Source: a virus
Taxonomy: Duplodnaviria > Caudoviricetes
Length of the DNA stretch: 56,304 nt
Direction: 5' to 3' (one strand)
IMG/VR virus record: IMGVR_UViG_3300006922_000026
Coordinates: 1 to 56,304 of that record
Both the position numbers and the translations under genes were made by a program. The notes under the pieces are model-generated. The model saw only the letters and a list, made by a program, of their open reading frames with translations, did not search any database and was not told the DNA's origin. Of the stretch, positions 36,634 through 46,438 are shown piece by piece (the first letter of the stretch is position 1; each line of letters starts with the position of its first letter).

Positions 36634-37100
36634 TAATTCCTACGCATTTGTGCATATTCAGTTGCGGCTTTTTGTCCTGTCTTATCATCTTCATCTGCAA
36701 ACACAGGAACAAGGTTAGACTTGTGCATCATAGCAATACCTACAAGTTTACGTTCACCTGTGTACTGCATAGTTTCTTTCTTGACTGCTGGTGCGAAACT
36801 TTCTTTAGATGTTAGACTTGGAATGTTCTGTGTTTCTCGAACCACTGGCGGTGAGTAATGCCACGGCTTTCTATTTGTAGGTTGTGTGTCAGTTGCCTTA
36901 CGTTTGTACCTACCGTGAATGTAATCGATGTAATCATCAAGTGTCATTTGCATATGATGACAATGTATTTGCCTCATACGTTTGTTGTGCTGACGCATCT
37001 CTGTGGTCCACTTGTCAATTTGCTTTTGTGTAAATTTTGTTTTCTTTTTAGCCTTACGAGTGTTAAGTGTAGTAAGACCTCGTTCAAGATGCATTGTCAT
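36633..37100 (-). CDS. Conserved large-phage hypothetical protein
   Basis: YTG..LVGIAMMHKSNLVPVF motif. Confidence 0.8.
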   Translation of the reverse strand: MTMHLERGLTTLNTRKAKKKTKFTQKQIDKWTTEMRQHNKRMRQIHCHHMQMTLDDYIDYIHGRYKRKATDTQPTNRKPWHYSPPVVRETQNIPSLTSKESFAPAVKKETMQYTGERKLVGIAMMHKSNLVPVFADEDDKTGQKAATEYAQMRRN

Positions 37101-37156
37101 AATAGTTGCCTCAAAATTAAATTGTATTATTAATGTAACATATTATTTGGTGTTTG

Positions 37157-37729
37157 TCAACGATTAATGAAGTAGAATTGGTTAAGACTAAAACGACCTT
37201 TACCAATTACTTTGGTTACTTCGTGTTGTTCAAAACTTGGAAATAGGATAGTTGTATTGTTATCCATATGCGGAGAGTAATCATACTCTGTGAACTTTAG
37301 TTCACCTCCGGTAAATTCTTTTGGTGTTTTCCAAAATGTAGTTACTGCACTAATTGTTGCATGGTCGGCATGATGTGCATATGAACTACCATCTGGATAA
37401 TAATTGAGTTGTGTTAGATCATCGTTAGTCATGTCCAAATATTTCATGAATGGATTTTCTACCATATTCTGCTTTTTGAGTTCATCTGTAATGCTGTAAA
37501 TTAGTCTGTTTGCTTGAAGTATATGACTTTTAGTTCTGTCTTCTTGGTAAAAGTTATCCAAATTCAAACCAAGCATTCCACTACTACGTGGATCACCTGT
37601 CGTTGTTTTATCTGCAAGGATAGGACTTAATTCATTAAGTTCATTCCAAATTAAACTTTCATCACGTGGCGAATAGTAATCATAGATGATCGTATGATTA
37701 AAAGGTGCGGTCAGATTTATTATTCTCAT
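37157..37729 (-). CDS. Prolyl-hydroxylase-like 2OG-Fe(II) oxygenase
   Basis: YAHHAD, FTGGELKF, LFPS..HEVT.V..GRFS. Confidence 0.85.
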   Translation of the reverse strand: MRIINLTAPFNHTIIYDYYSPRDESLIWNELNELSPILADKTTTGDPRSSGMLGLNLDNFYQEDRTKSHILQANRLIYSITDELKKQNMVENPFMKYLDMTNDDLTQLNYYPDGSSYAHHADHATISAVTTFWKTPKEFTGGELKFTEYDYSPHMDNNTTILFPSFEQHEVTKVIGKGRFSLNQFYFINR

Positions 37730-37735
37730 ATTATT

Positions 37736-37764
37736 ATTATACTTTCTTTAGTTAATAAAGTCAA
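37736..37764 (-). promoter_or_regulatory. Sigma70-type promoter
   Basis: TTGACT-17 nt-TATAAT. Confidence 0.7.
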
Positions 37765-37771
37765 CCTAAAT

Positions 37772-37845
37772 TGGCAGGAGACCAAGGAATTGAACCCTGT
37801 CTTACTGGGTTGGAGCCAGTCGTGCTACCGTAACACTTGTCTCCT
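37772..37845 (-). tRNA. tRNA-Trp (CCA)
   Basis: AGGAGAC/GTCTCCT acceptor stem, ACTGG-CTCCAAC-CCAGT anticodon arm, GTTCAATTC, CCA. Confidence 0.92.
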
Positions 37846-37849
37846 TAAA

Positions 37850-38115
37850 GTGCAACTTTTCTGTTGCCAGGTAAGTTGCCAACCCCGTCACATAGTTAGA
37901 CTATGCGGCAAGAGCAAAGTTTTCGTTTGCGTCTATAGTTTTGCTTGATTTACGGTCATCGCCTACCGGTAACTCCACGTTCTCTCTTACACCTGTCGAT
38001 CCTATTTCGCCCCCATCATAAGCACACTAATTAATGTGTGCTTAATGTGTTTATGGTGGAGGCGTCGGGTATCGCACCCGAGTCCAGTTTGCAGTTGATT
38101 GGCTTCAACGTTACA
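37850..38115 (-). ncRNA. ssrA: Two-piece (circularly permuted) tmRNA, tag ANENFALAA
   Basis: Acceptor piece ending GACTCGGGTGCGATACCCGACGCCTCCACCA (CCA at 38054) precedes an intervening hairpin and the coding piece GGGGGCGAAATAGGATCGAC (from 38014); G3:U70 pair; tag ORF 37930-37901; outer ends approximate. Confidence 0.93.
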
Positions 38116-38132
38116 ATACTATTTAAACATCT

Positions 38133-38432
38133 TTAGTTGAAGATGTCAAGTTCTTTTTTTAATTTTATTGCTTTTTTTGGCTGTTTAATTGGTTCTAACC
38201 AACTATCTGCTATGTAGGCTTGGGGACTTGGCCCAAGTTGAGTTGAAATGTCGTCTGCTTCTATCCACCAATAATGGTCAGATATTAAACATTGACAGGG
38301 CATTCCTCTGAATTGGAATTGCTCACCCTTTTCGTACTGTCCTATATACTCTTTTACTTTCACTATCAGTCCAACATTTTGCGGTCGAATTGAAAAAGTG
38401 ATGTGGGCTACATCGCCTTGAGTACACTTCAT
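38133..38432 (-). CDS. Hypothetical protein
   Basis: MKC..GD.A...N.G..V...DSWLEPI pattern seen in phage proteins. Confidence 0.7.
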   Translation of the reverse strand: MKCTQGDVAHITFSIRPQNVGLIVKVKEYIGQYEKGEQFQFRGMPCQCLISDHYWWIEADDISTQLGPSPQAYIADSWLEPIKQPKKAIKLKKELDIFN

Positions 38433-38437
38433 AGGAT

Positions 38438-38647
38438 TTAGTCTTTCTTGATGTTGCCGGCTACTGTCTTACCTCTGAACTCAACTTCGTCGTATGTCAG
38501 TGCCATACCTTCGATGATCGAGTCCTCTACAATACCTGCTTTTTTGAATTCTGAAATATGGACAAAGATGTCCTTGGTTGCACCATTTGGTGTAATAAAA
38601 CCAAACCCTTTAACAGGGTTATACCATTTTAAATTTCCGTTGCTCAT
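38438..38647 (-). CDS. Cold-shock domain protein
   Basis: GNLKWYN..KGFGFI (RNP1), DIFVHIS (RNP2). Confidence 0.93.
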   Translation of the reverse strand: MSNGNLKWYNPVKGFGFITPNGATKDIFVHISEFKKAGIVEDSIIEGMALTYDEVEFRGKTVAGNIKKD

Positions 38648-38711
38648 TATATTATTAAGTACCCTCTAATTTATACTTATATTTAGTTATAGGAATCTAT
38701 TTATCAAGAAA

Positions 38712-38742
38712 ACAGTACAATTATGTTACTTTATTGTACTGT
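38712..38742 (-). terminator. Hairpin, probable terminator
   Basis: ACAGTACAAT/ATTGTACTGT stem followed by T-rich tract on minus strand. Confidence 0.5.
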
Positions 38743-38765
38743 CTCCTTGTATAATAATATAGAAA

Positions 38766-38945
38766 TTATAGAGAGTTTTTCTTCTCTTGGATTTCTGCTC
38801 TACGTGACTTTGCAAGTTTACCCATGTTTCCTAAGGCTTTTCTTGCTCTTGCCGCCGCCGCCTTAACACTCTTTGTATCGAATGCTTCAGACTCTTTCAT
38901 ATAGTTTTCGTATTCAGCAATAATTTGCTCATGAATTGTTGACAT
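38766..38945 (-). CDS. Small histone-H1-like (Hc1-type) helical protein
   Basis: VKAAAARARKAL...RRAEIQEKKN; start revised to ATG 38945 with AGGAG RBS. Confidence 0.65.
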   Translation of the reverse strand: MSTIHEQIIAEYENYMKESEAFDTKSVKAAAARARKALGNMGKLAKSRRAEIQEKKNSL

Positions 38946-39543
38946 ATCTTTCTCCTGTAATGATTTTGTAAACAGTGCTCCAGAACTTTGCAGTTGGGAT
39001 ATCGTCCTTGAATGTATCTTTATTATATTCATGTTCGATAATGATTGGCTTCAACCCAACTCGCTTTCCAGCGAGAGCGTTTTCAACCTTATCTTCCACC
39101 CACCAGGCCCCTGAACCTTCATACTTTGCAAGTGCTTTGTCTTTGCCAGCACCCGTAGGTAAAAAGGTAATGTCGGAAATAACTCCTTCACCAAACACAT
39201 CTTGTAAGTTCAACTTGCGAAGTGCTTGTGCCGGTCTATCCGTGTGTAATGATGTAATCGCCTTAAATTCATAGCCTTTTGCTTTAAGGGCAGTTATCAC
39301 CTCTACACTATCTCTTAATGGTTCCAAGAAAGCAATCCAGGCACTACGATTGAAATACTCAACCATAAACTTGCCTTGTTCTTCGCTTATCTCTTTGCCA
39401 TGTCGTTCTTGCATCCATTCAGTAACTTTGTACTTTGTATTGTCTACTTCAACAATACCTTCCAAAGCCATGAACTGTAAGAAACTATTTTTCCAGTCTA
39501 ATACTACACCGTCAATATCAATTAAAATTAATTTATTACTCAT
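38929..39543 (-). CDS. HAD-family phosphatase (T4 gp30.2-like)
   Basis: DIDGVVLDW, ITS, K, WVEDKVEN. Confidence 0.85.
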   Translation of the reverse strand: MSNKLILIDIDGVVLDWKNSFLQFMALEGIVEVDNTKYKVTEWMQERHGKEISEEQGKFMVEYFNRSAWIAFLEPLRDSVEVITALKAKGYEFKAITSLHTDRPAQALRKLNLQDVFGEGVISDITFLPTGAGKDKALAKYEGSGAWWVEDKVENALAGKRVGLKPIIIEHEYNKDTFKDDIPTAKFWSTVYKIITGERYVNNS

Positions 39544-39833
39544 GATAATGTTTGTATCCCTGTTGTTACTTCAATATACTTTTTTGATGTTTCCTTCTCA
39601 CACTCTGCAATTACCATAACACTTGTTTTTGGTAATGTAATATCTTTAAGTGGATCAGCAGTCATCATAAACGAGCCTAATACAACTCCCTTTGGTCCTT
39701 GCATCAATGTCAGTGGCTTGTGTAATTTAAAAGAAGTATCATTAATCGCTTCGATACGAGCAACTACTTCTTCTCCTGAAACAAGTTTAATTGATACAGT
39801 ATCGCCTTTTTTATATGGTACTTCTAATAGCAT
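39540..39833 (-). CDS. Sm-like fold phage protein
   Basis: GDTVSIKLVSGEEVVA...Y...TTGI. Confidence 0.7.
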   Translation of the reverse strand: MLLEVPYKKGDTVSIKLVSGEEVVARIEAINDTSFKLHKPLTLMQGPKGVVLGSFMMTADPLKDITLPKTSVMVIAECEKETSKKYIEVTTGIQTLS

Positions 39834-40105
39834 TATTGTTGTGTTCCTTCTATTCCGTGTTCTTCAACATACGAAGCCAATGCTTCATATCCTCCTATAT
39901 ACTTACCGTTAAGGATAACTTGCGGCACCGATCTTGGCTGTGGCATACCATTTACTTCAAATTCTTCAAGTAATTGCTCACGTGTAATATCAGTTCCGAC
40001 TTCTCTTACTGTGTATTCAATTTTCAAATTGTCCAATAATGATTTTGCTTTGACGCAAGACGGACAAGATGGCTTTGAATAAACGACTGTTGGTTGTTTG
40101 CTCAT
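39833..40105 (-). CDS. Glutaredoxin
   Basis: CPSC, RSVPQV, YIGGY; adjacent to nrdB. Confidence 0.93.
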   Translation of the reverse strand: MSKQPTVVYSKPSCPSCVKAKSLLDNLKIEYTVREVGTDITREQLLEEFEVNGMPQPRSVPQVILNGKYIGGYEALASYVEEHGIEGTQQ

Positions 40106-40127
40106 TGTACTTCCTTCTTTTGTTTGA

Positions 40128-41237
40128 TTATAAACTAAAACCTTTAAACGTATCTTTCTCTACGTCTTGTTTAATACCGCCAATCAAGTAACTTTCAACT
40201 TCAGTTTCTTGAGGTGCGACTTGTAGTCCTGCACTTGACAACCAATGTTGTGTCCAAGGTAAAGGGTTAGTATTAAGTGGGCGATCGTAAATTGTTTTAA
40301 GTCCAAGTGCTTTCAATCTCTTGTTAGCAATAAACTCTACATAAGCATGTAACAAAGTTTCGTTCAATCCAATAATGGATCCATCTTTGAACAGGTAGTC
40401 TGCCCAACGTTTTTCTTCGTCAACGCAATCACGCCACATTTGATAAACTTCTTCTTCGCACTCTTTTGCAATCTTAACAAAGTCCTTGTCGTCATCACCT
40501 TTCATCCAATGCTTTAGAATGTGTGTAGACAGATTCAGGTGAGTTGCTTCATCACGTGCAATCAATGAAATAATCTTTGCAGACCCTTCCATCATTTTTA
40601 ATTCGCCAAATGCAAATGTACATGCAAATGAAACATAAAAACGTAAACCTTCTAAGATGTTTACAGTCATCATTGCTTTGTATAACTGCTTCTTAACTTC
40701 ATAGATACTGTGCTTGCCTTGATTAAAGTGTTCAGTAGCAATATTATAAAACTTGTCGTACTCTTTAGTAACACTTTCAGCACGTTCAATAATTCTTTCG
40801 TCATCAAGGATAGTATCAAATACTTCACTTGGATCGGCATAAACATTTTTTACAATGTGTGTATATGAACGACTGTGAATAGTTTCAAAGAAGTCCCATG
40901 CTACAATACAACTTTCCAATTCCGGCACGGAAACATAAGGTAAGAAAGCAAGACATGGTCCTCTTCCTTGTACACTATCTAATAGTGTTTGGTATTTCAA
41001 ATTACTCGTAAAGATGTGCTTCTGCTCTGGTCTGAAGTTGGCATAGTCTGCTCTGTCTTTCTGTAGACTTACTTCTTCAGGACGCCAAAAGTATCCTAAC
41101 ATTGTTTGATTTAACTTATCAAACTCTGGGTAACGAAACGTATCGTACCTTTGTGTATTCTGATCCTCCCCAAAGAACATGTGTTGCTTTGTGAAATCTA
41201 CTTTGTTCTTATTGAACACTGTTTTCTTTGTTGACAT
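40128..41237 (-). CDS. nrdB: Ribonucleotide reductase class Ia beta subunit
   Basis: FWRPEE, LDSVQGR, ETIHSRSY, EGLRFYVSF, RDEATH, QVAPQETE. Confidence 0.97.
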   Translation of the reverse strand: MSTKKTVFNKNKVDFTKQHMFFGEDQNTQRYDTFRYPEFDKLNQTMLGYFWRPEEVSLQKDRADYANFRPEQKHIFTSNLKYQTLLDSVQGRGPCLAFLPYVSVPELESCIVAWDFFETIHSRSYTHIVKNVYADPSEVFDTILDDERIIERAESVTKEYDKFYNIATEHFNQGKHSIYEVKKQLYKAMMTVNILEGLRFYVSFACTFAFGELKMMEGSAKIISLIARDEATHLNLSTHILKHWMKGDDDKDFVKIAKECEEEVYQMWRDCVDEEKRWADYLFKDGSIIGLNETLLHAYVEFIANKRLKALGLKTIYDRPLNTNPLPWTQHWLSSAGLQVAPQETEVESYLIGGIKQDVEKDTFKGFSL

Positions 41238-41300
41238 TTCTAATGCACCTCTCTCTATGTATCTGTATATGTTACTATCTTTTGCTTACGTTGTCAAGTA

Positions 41301-43625
41301 CTAAATTGCACAACTGTCGCAATATTCTTCATACTCGTCGTCTGTGCCTTTAAATTCACCACGTTCAACTTGTACAAGTGGAGTACTTATCTCTGAAGTT
41401 GGTTCTTCTACTTCATCAGCCCCCTTAAAGTCGTAAGTATTTTGATAATAACTCGTTTTCCAACCGTATTTGTATGTGTTTAATAAGTCCTTGAACATAA
41501 CACTCATAGGAACTTCGTTGTTTTCAAAGTGTGTTGGATTGTATGACCAGTTACCACTAATTGCCTGATCAAAAAACTTCTGCATTACTGCTACTATATT
41601 GATATACCCTTCGTTGCTTGGCATATCCCATAATAGAGTATAGTGATTCTTTAATGTAGTATACTGCGGAACAATCTGCTTAAGAGGCCCTTTCTTGGAC
41701 TTCTTAACGGACAAGTAACCTCTTGGTGGTTCAATTCCGTTTGTGGCATTTGACACAATGGACGAACTCTCCGAAGGCATTTGTGCGGACAACGTTGAAT
41801 GCCGTAGGCCGTGTTCTGTGATACGTGTTCTAAGACTATCCCAATCATACTTTAATTTAATGTTACAAACTTCATCAAGATCCTTTTTGTATGTGTCAAT
41901 TGGTAAGATACCATCTGCATACTTGGTTCTATCAAAGTAATCACATTTACCTTTCTCTTGTGCAAGTTTATTAGATGCTGTTAACAAGTAGTATTGAAAT
42001 GCTTCTGACAGTTCGTGTACTTTTGTTAATGCTTTCTTGTCACTGTATTTAACACCTTCACGTGCCAAGTAATGTGCAAGTCCAATATAACCTACTCCTA
42101 ATGAACGTCTTGCTTTAGTAGATACTTCAGCCGCCTTCACAGGATATCTTTGGTAATCAATAATTTCATCTAATGCTCTTACTGCCAACTCGCATAGTTC
42201 TTCTAAGTCGTCTAACTCTTTTAATAGTCCAACGTTAATAGCACTTAGAATACACAATGCAATTTCACCTTCTTCATCATCAATGTGTGTAAGTGGTTTA
42301 GTTGGTAGTGTAATCTCTTGACACAAGTTACTCATGTACACTGTGTCCTTAAATGAACTGTGTGTATTAGCATGGTCAACGTTCATAAGATAGATACGTC
42401 CTGTTTCAGCACGTTCTTTAAGCATTGAACCAAACAACTCCATTGCTGGAATAGTTTTCTTTTTAATCTTAGGATCTTTCTCTGCCGCCTTATAAAGTTT
42501 TTCAAACTTGTCTTGGTCAGAATAAAATGCTTCGTACATTCCATCTACTGCGTGTGGCGAGAAAAGACTTATGTCGCCGTTGGACAATAATCTTTCATAC
42601 ATTAATTTATTAAGTTGAATTGAATAATCTAACTTACGTACTCTATTATCCTCTGTACCTTTGTTATTCTTTAGTACAAGGATGTCTTCAATTTCATAAT
42701 GCCATAATGGAAAATGAACAGTTGCACTTCCGCCACGTACACCATTCTGTGTACAACAACGTACTGTGCTTTCAAATTTCTTTAGGAACGGAATTACTCC
42801 TGTGTGGGCAACTTCTCCGCCTCTGATTTTAGAGTTGATTGCTCTAACTCTACCACTGTTGATTCCGATACCCGCCCTTTGCGCCGTATAACGTCCGATA
42901 GCCATATCACTGCTAAAAATGGAATTGAGAGAATCATCACTGTCAACCAAAACGCAAGAAGCAAACTGGCGGACAGGAGTTCTAACACCAGCCATGACTG
43001 GGGTCGGTATGTTGATTTTAAAAAGTGAGGTCGCGTCATAATATCTCCTTACATAATACATGCGTGATTCTGCTGGGTAATTAGCAAATAGTGTCGCGGC
43101 AATCATCATATACATGTGTTGCGGAGTTTCAAACAGTTGTCCTGAACTTCTATCTTGACACAGGTACTTGTCAACAATTTGTCTTAGGCCTGCGTATGTA
43201 AAGTTCTCATCACGGTTACGTTTAATGTATTTGTCTAATGTTAAAATTTCTTCTGGTGTGTATTGATTTAGAATGTCAGGATCATATACACCACGTTCGA
43301 TGTTTTTCTGGATCATTGACATAAGAGGAGCATTGTCAAATTCGCCATAAACATCTTTATATGTTGCGTACAATAATAAACGTGATGCAACAAACTGGTA
43401 GTTAGGATTTTCTAACGTAATTAAATCATTTGCTGACTTAATCATAATCTCTTGAATTTCACTTGACGACATGCCATCGTAAAATTGTATGTGTGAGCTC
43501 ATTTCTACTTGACTCGAACTAACACCTGTTAGCCCTTCACAAGCAAACTCAACCACTTTGTGAATCTTGTTTACATCTAATGGCTCCGTAGTGCCATCAC
43601 GCTTCATTATATTGATATTTGACAT
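41301..43625 (-). CDS. nrdA: Ribonucleotide reductase class Ia alpha subunit with ATP cone
   Basis: KRDG ATP cone, QFASC, SNLCQE, MPSESS, KTSYY, C-terminal CDSC. Confidence 0.97.
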   Translation of the reverse strand: MSNINIMKRDGTTEPLDVNKIHKVVEFACEGLTGVSSSQVEMSSHIQFYDGMSSSEIQEIMIKSANDLITLENPNYQFVASRLLLYATYKDVYGEFDNAPLMSMIQKNIERGVYDPDILNQYTPEEILTLDKYIKRNRDENFTYAGLRQIVDKYLCQDRSSGQLFETPQHMYMMIAATLFANYPAESRMYYVRRYYDATSLFKINIPTPVMAGVRTPVRQFASCVLVDSDDSLNSIFSSDMAIGRYTAQRAGIGINSGRVRAINSKIRGGEVAHTGVIPFLKKFESTVRCCTQNGVRGGSATVHFPLWHYEIEDILVLKNNKGTEDNRVRKLDYSIQLNKLMYERLLSNGDISLFSPHAVDGMYEAFYSDQDKFEKLYKAAEKDPKIKKKTIPAMELFGSMLKERAETGRIYLMNVDHANTHSSFKDTVYMSNLCQEITLPTKPLTHIDDEEGEIALCILSAINVGLLKELDDLEELCELAVRALDEIIDYQRYPVKAAEVSTKARRSLGVGYIGLAHYLAREGVKYSDKKALTKVHELSEAFQYYLLTASNKLAQEKGKCDYFDRTKYADGILPIDTYKKDLDEVCNIKLKYDWDSLRTRITEHGLRHSTLSAQMPSESSSIVSNATNGIEPPRGYLSVKKSKKGPLKQIVPQYTTLKNHYTLLWDMPSNEGYINIVAVMQKFFDQAISGNWSYNPTHFENNEVPMSVMFKDLLNTYKYGWKTSYYQNTYDFKGADEVEEPTSEISTPLVQVERGEFKGTDDEYEEYCDSCAI

Positions 43626-43665
43626 TGACTTCCTCTTCTTTCTTCTTGCGTTAACAAAAAAATAT

Positions 43666-44094
43666 TTATTGAAGTGCCGGCAACTTGTATACCTTTTGTG
43701 GTACCCAACTTCCTGGTGCTTCGTTGTGTGATATTATGCGTTTGCCCATAGGTTGTATGAACGTCTGTCCTATGGATAAAAGCATAAAGGTTTCCTGTTT
43801 TTCTACTTCCGTAATAATATGTATCTCAAAACGGTTCTTCGAAAACCGTTCAGTTAATTGTAAAGTATAACATATTCCTAATAAAATGCAAGTGTCTGTA
43901 TAGCCATTTTCTTGGATAAGTTCCCAAGGACCACGCCACGTGCTTTGATCCCACATGTTTATACTTTTGTTGTGTACGATTGGTGCGTTTGAGTAATATT
44001 CAACTACATCACGCAATGGATCTTTAGATGTCTCGAGGGTGTCTCGGAGTGCCTTCCACTTGATTAATCGATTCTCATATACTTCTGAAAACAT
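43666..44094 (-). CDS. Conserved large-phage hypothetical protein
   Basis: RL..W..LR...W..PWELI...LGICYTL. Confidence 0.75.
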   Translation of the reverse strand: MFSEVYENRLIKWKALRDTLETSKDPLRDVVEYYSNAPIVHNKSINMWDQSTWRGPWELIQENGYTDTCILLGICYTLQLTERFSKNRFEIHIITEVEKQETFMLLSIGQTFIQPMGKRIISHNEAPGSWVPQKVYKLPALQ

Positions 44095-44105
44095 GCTAAC
44101 TCTAT

Positions 44106-45719
44106 TTAATTTTTAATTGATACTTGGTATGTAAAGTCGGCATTCTCGCTCACTACAGTATTCTTCATTCTTATTGCTAATGTGTCGTTTACAGTATCAC
44201 TGTTCATATCAAATAGTTGTGCTTTCAATTCTAATGTAGTTGCAAAACCTGCATCTCCATTATAATCATATACGTCACTGTACGTTACAGAGTCATTGCT
44301 TTTGTTAACAATAACTTCTAACTTACCTTGACGCATTGCATCTACTTGATTACTTTTATACTGATAATCAATAATGTATGTGCGAGTGTAATCACCTGGG
44401 AGTCTAAAAATAGTTTCAAAAGCATTTTGTTGTACTGTTGATATCTTGTTACTAAAACTGTATCCTGTGTGGATAGGTCCTTGTATTTCTGATATGTAAG
44501 GAGTAGTTTGGAAAGCAGTATCTAACATAAGATCGTTTGTTCTACTAAACCAATCTCCACAACTCTTGTTACCATCTTGTACACTGTTAATAATAGTGTA
44601 GGCAACTGCTGTACTTGTACCGCCGTTGTTACCTACGTTTGTAAATTTGTTACTTTCACTTGTATTATATTTTCCTTGTTGGAATATAATTGCATTTCTA
44701 TCAATGTTATTAAATGCACAACTTTCAAACAAGTTCTTCTGTGGACCTGTTGATTGTCCTTGAGCACCAACAACTGTGTTTTCACCAAACCATACACCGT
44801 ATGATAGAACATCGAATACACAATTTGTAAATGTATTTTCATATGCATCGTCATCACTCTTAACACCATGTGCATAACCATTAATGTCAACGTCATGAAA
44901 CTTGTTATTAAATGATCCAACAACTGTACTTAGGTTAGACATGCTAACTCCAATACTTGCGGCAACAATACCTGTGCCTGAAGTCCAAGGACCTTTGATG
45001 TTTAGATTCTCAAACACACTGTTCTTACAACTTACAAGTTCAATACCTGTAAAACTTGATAACGTGTGTTCTAATGTCATGCCTTCGATAATAATATCTT
45101 GTGCTTGGTTAAGTGATGTGCTTGTACTGTCATCAGCATAAGACCCTGGAGTACTTGTACTGTTGACTGTTGTAAAGATAGGATAGTTACCTGTCTGTAC
45201 TATAAATGTTTTGTTTTTTCCTGCACCTTTGATTGTTGCATAAGGTGGAATCTTAATTGAGTTTGTAATATTGTAAGTACCTGCTTCTAAAACAAGTGTA
45301 ACTCTACTTTGTGCTGTACCTTTAGTTGCTGTATTAATAAACAACTGATCAATAGCACGTTGTAGTGTTGTTGTTTGATCTGAACTATCACCTACTCCAC
45401 CGAAAGATTTGATACTAACGATGTCATCTAATCTGCTCTGAAGTGTTCTTTTGATTGGACCACTAACTGTTGCACCAGTTTGTATTGTGCCATCTTTATA
45501 AGTGTATTGGTCTGCAAGTGTAAACAGGTTATCGTTTTCTGTTAGTACCTTTGTATTACCAACTGCTGGAGAACCTTCACTAACACTACCGTTACCAATG
45601 TATAGTTCTTGTGAGTCTACTGCCCACCCAAGTTCACCACCTGCAAGTTGAGGTATTCCCGAACCACTGTTTTTGCGTCCTCTACGTATTTGAATTCTTG
45701 ATATTTGAACTACAGCCAC
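44106..45719 (-). CDS. Tail/baseplate-associated structural protein with beta-helix
   Basis: IQIRRG...GELGWAVD..ELYIGNG N-terminal module; SIKSFGGVGD pectate-lyase-like start; late promoter upstream. Confidence 0.75.
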   Translation of the reverse strand: MAVVQISRIQIRRGRKNSGSGIPQLAGGELGWAVDSQELYIGNGSVSEGSPAVGNTKVLTENDNLFTLADQYTYKDGTIQTGATVSGPIKRTLQSRLDDIVSIKSFGGVGDSSDQTTTLQRAIDQLFINTATKGTAQSRVTLVLEAGTYNITNSIKIPPYATIKGAGKNKTFIVQTGNYPIFTTVNSTSTPGSYADDSTSTSLNQAQDIIIEGMTLEHTLSSFTGIELVSCKNSVFENLNIKGPWTSGTGIVAASIGVSMSNLSTVVGSFNNKFHDVDINGYAHGVKSDDDAYENTFTNCVFDVLSYGVWFGENTVVGAQGQSTGPQKNLFESCAFNNIDRNAIIFQQGKYNTSESNKFTNVGNNGGTSTAVAYTIINSVQDGNKSCGDWFSRTNDLMLDTAFQTTPYISEIQGPIHTGYSFSNKISTVQQNAFETIFRLPGDYTRTYIIDYQYKSNQVDAMRQGKLEVIVNKSNDSVTYSDVYDYNGDAGFATTLELKAQLFDMNSDTVNDTLAIRMKNTVVSENADFTYQVSIKN

Positions 45720-45756
45720 TTAATAACTCCTAAATTGTTATTAGTATTTATCGACT

Positions 45757-46437
45757 TCAAGCGAACTTATCATAGTACATATACACACGATCCCACCACT
45801 TTTGTTCCCACTCGTCGAAGTTCTCTGGTAGTAAATCAAACTGTTGGTACTGTAAGTCGCGACTACACATGAATATATGCCCTTCGCGTATGTTTGTGTC
45901 GTATATTTCGTTATGTGCTAATGCATAAGCAACCATCTGCAGATAGTAATCGTCTACCCACTCTGCTTTCTTAGGCTTATTAGTTTGTTTAAAGTCCATG
46001 ATAGCAGGTTGTCCTTTGTACTGTCCTACAAGGTCTGTGGTACCTGCATAAATTTTAGGGTGAAACAAGTTAATCTCTGATCCCCATATCTCATCGACAT
46101 GTGTCATTGCTTCTTCTTTAATTACTGTTGCCATTTTATGTGCCTGTTGGGCATATGGATTGCCACCTGGTGTAGGCCATTCAGCAAATTCGATATAGTC
46201 TTCAAGATACTTGTGCATACGTGTTCCAACACTGGCCGCTTCAGTAACAATCTCTTTGGCTTTTTGTTCGCCTACACGTTTACGCCAAGCAATCAATCCA
46301 GACTTGTCTTTTGTTTTATCTAAAATAGTAGTAACACTTGCTACTGCATTACCGTCTGGACAAGCATATAAACGTTTACCGTCAACCGCCTGTCTTTTGA
46401 TTTCGCTATACGAATAGCGTTCTGTTATTAATGACAA
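45757..46437 (-). CDS. PD-(D/E)XK exonuclease
   Basis: SVTTIL, GTRMH, E...YAGTTD...MDFKQ, Q..AY. Confidence 0.88.
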   Translation of the reverse strand: MSLITERYSYSEIKRQAVDGKRLYACPDGNAVASVTTILDKTKDKSGLIAWRKRVGEQKAKEIVTEAASVGTRMHKYLEDYIEFAEWPTPGGNPYAQQAHKMATVIKEEAMTHVDEIWGSEINLFHPKIYAGTTDLVGQYKGQPAIMDFKQTNKPKKAEWVDDYYLQMVAYALAHNEIYDTNIREGHIFMCSRDLQYQQFDLLPENFDEWEQKWWDRVYMYYDKFA

Positions 46438-46438
46438 A

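Noticed and set aside
40128-43625. Introns or inteins in nrdA/nrdB
   Set aside because: Both ORFs are continuous and of normal length, with no intein or homing-endonuclease motifs
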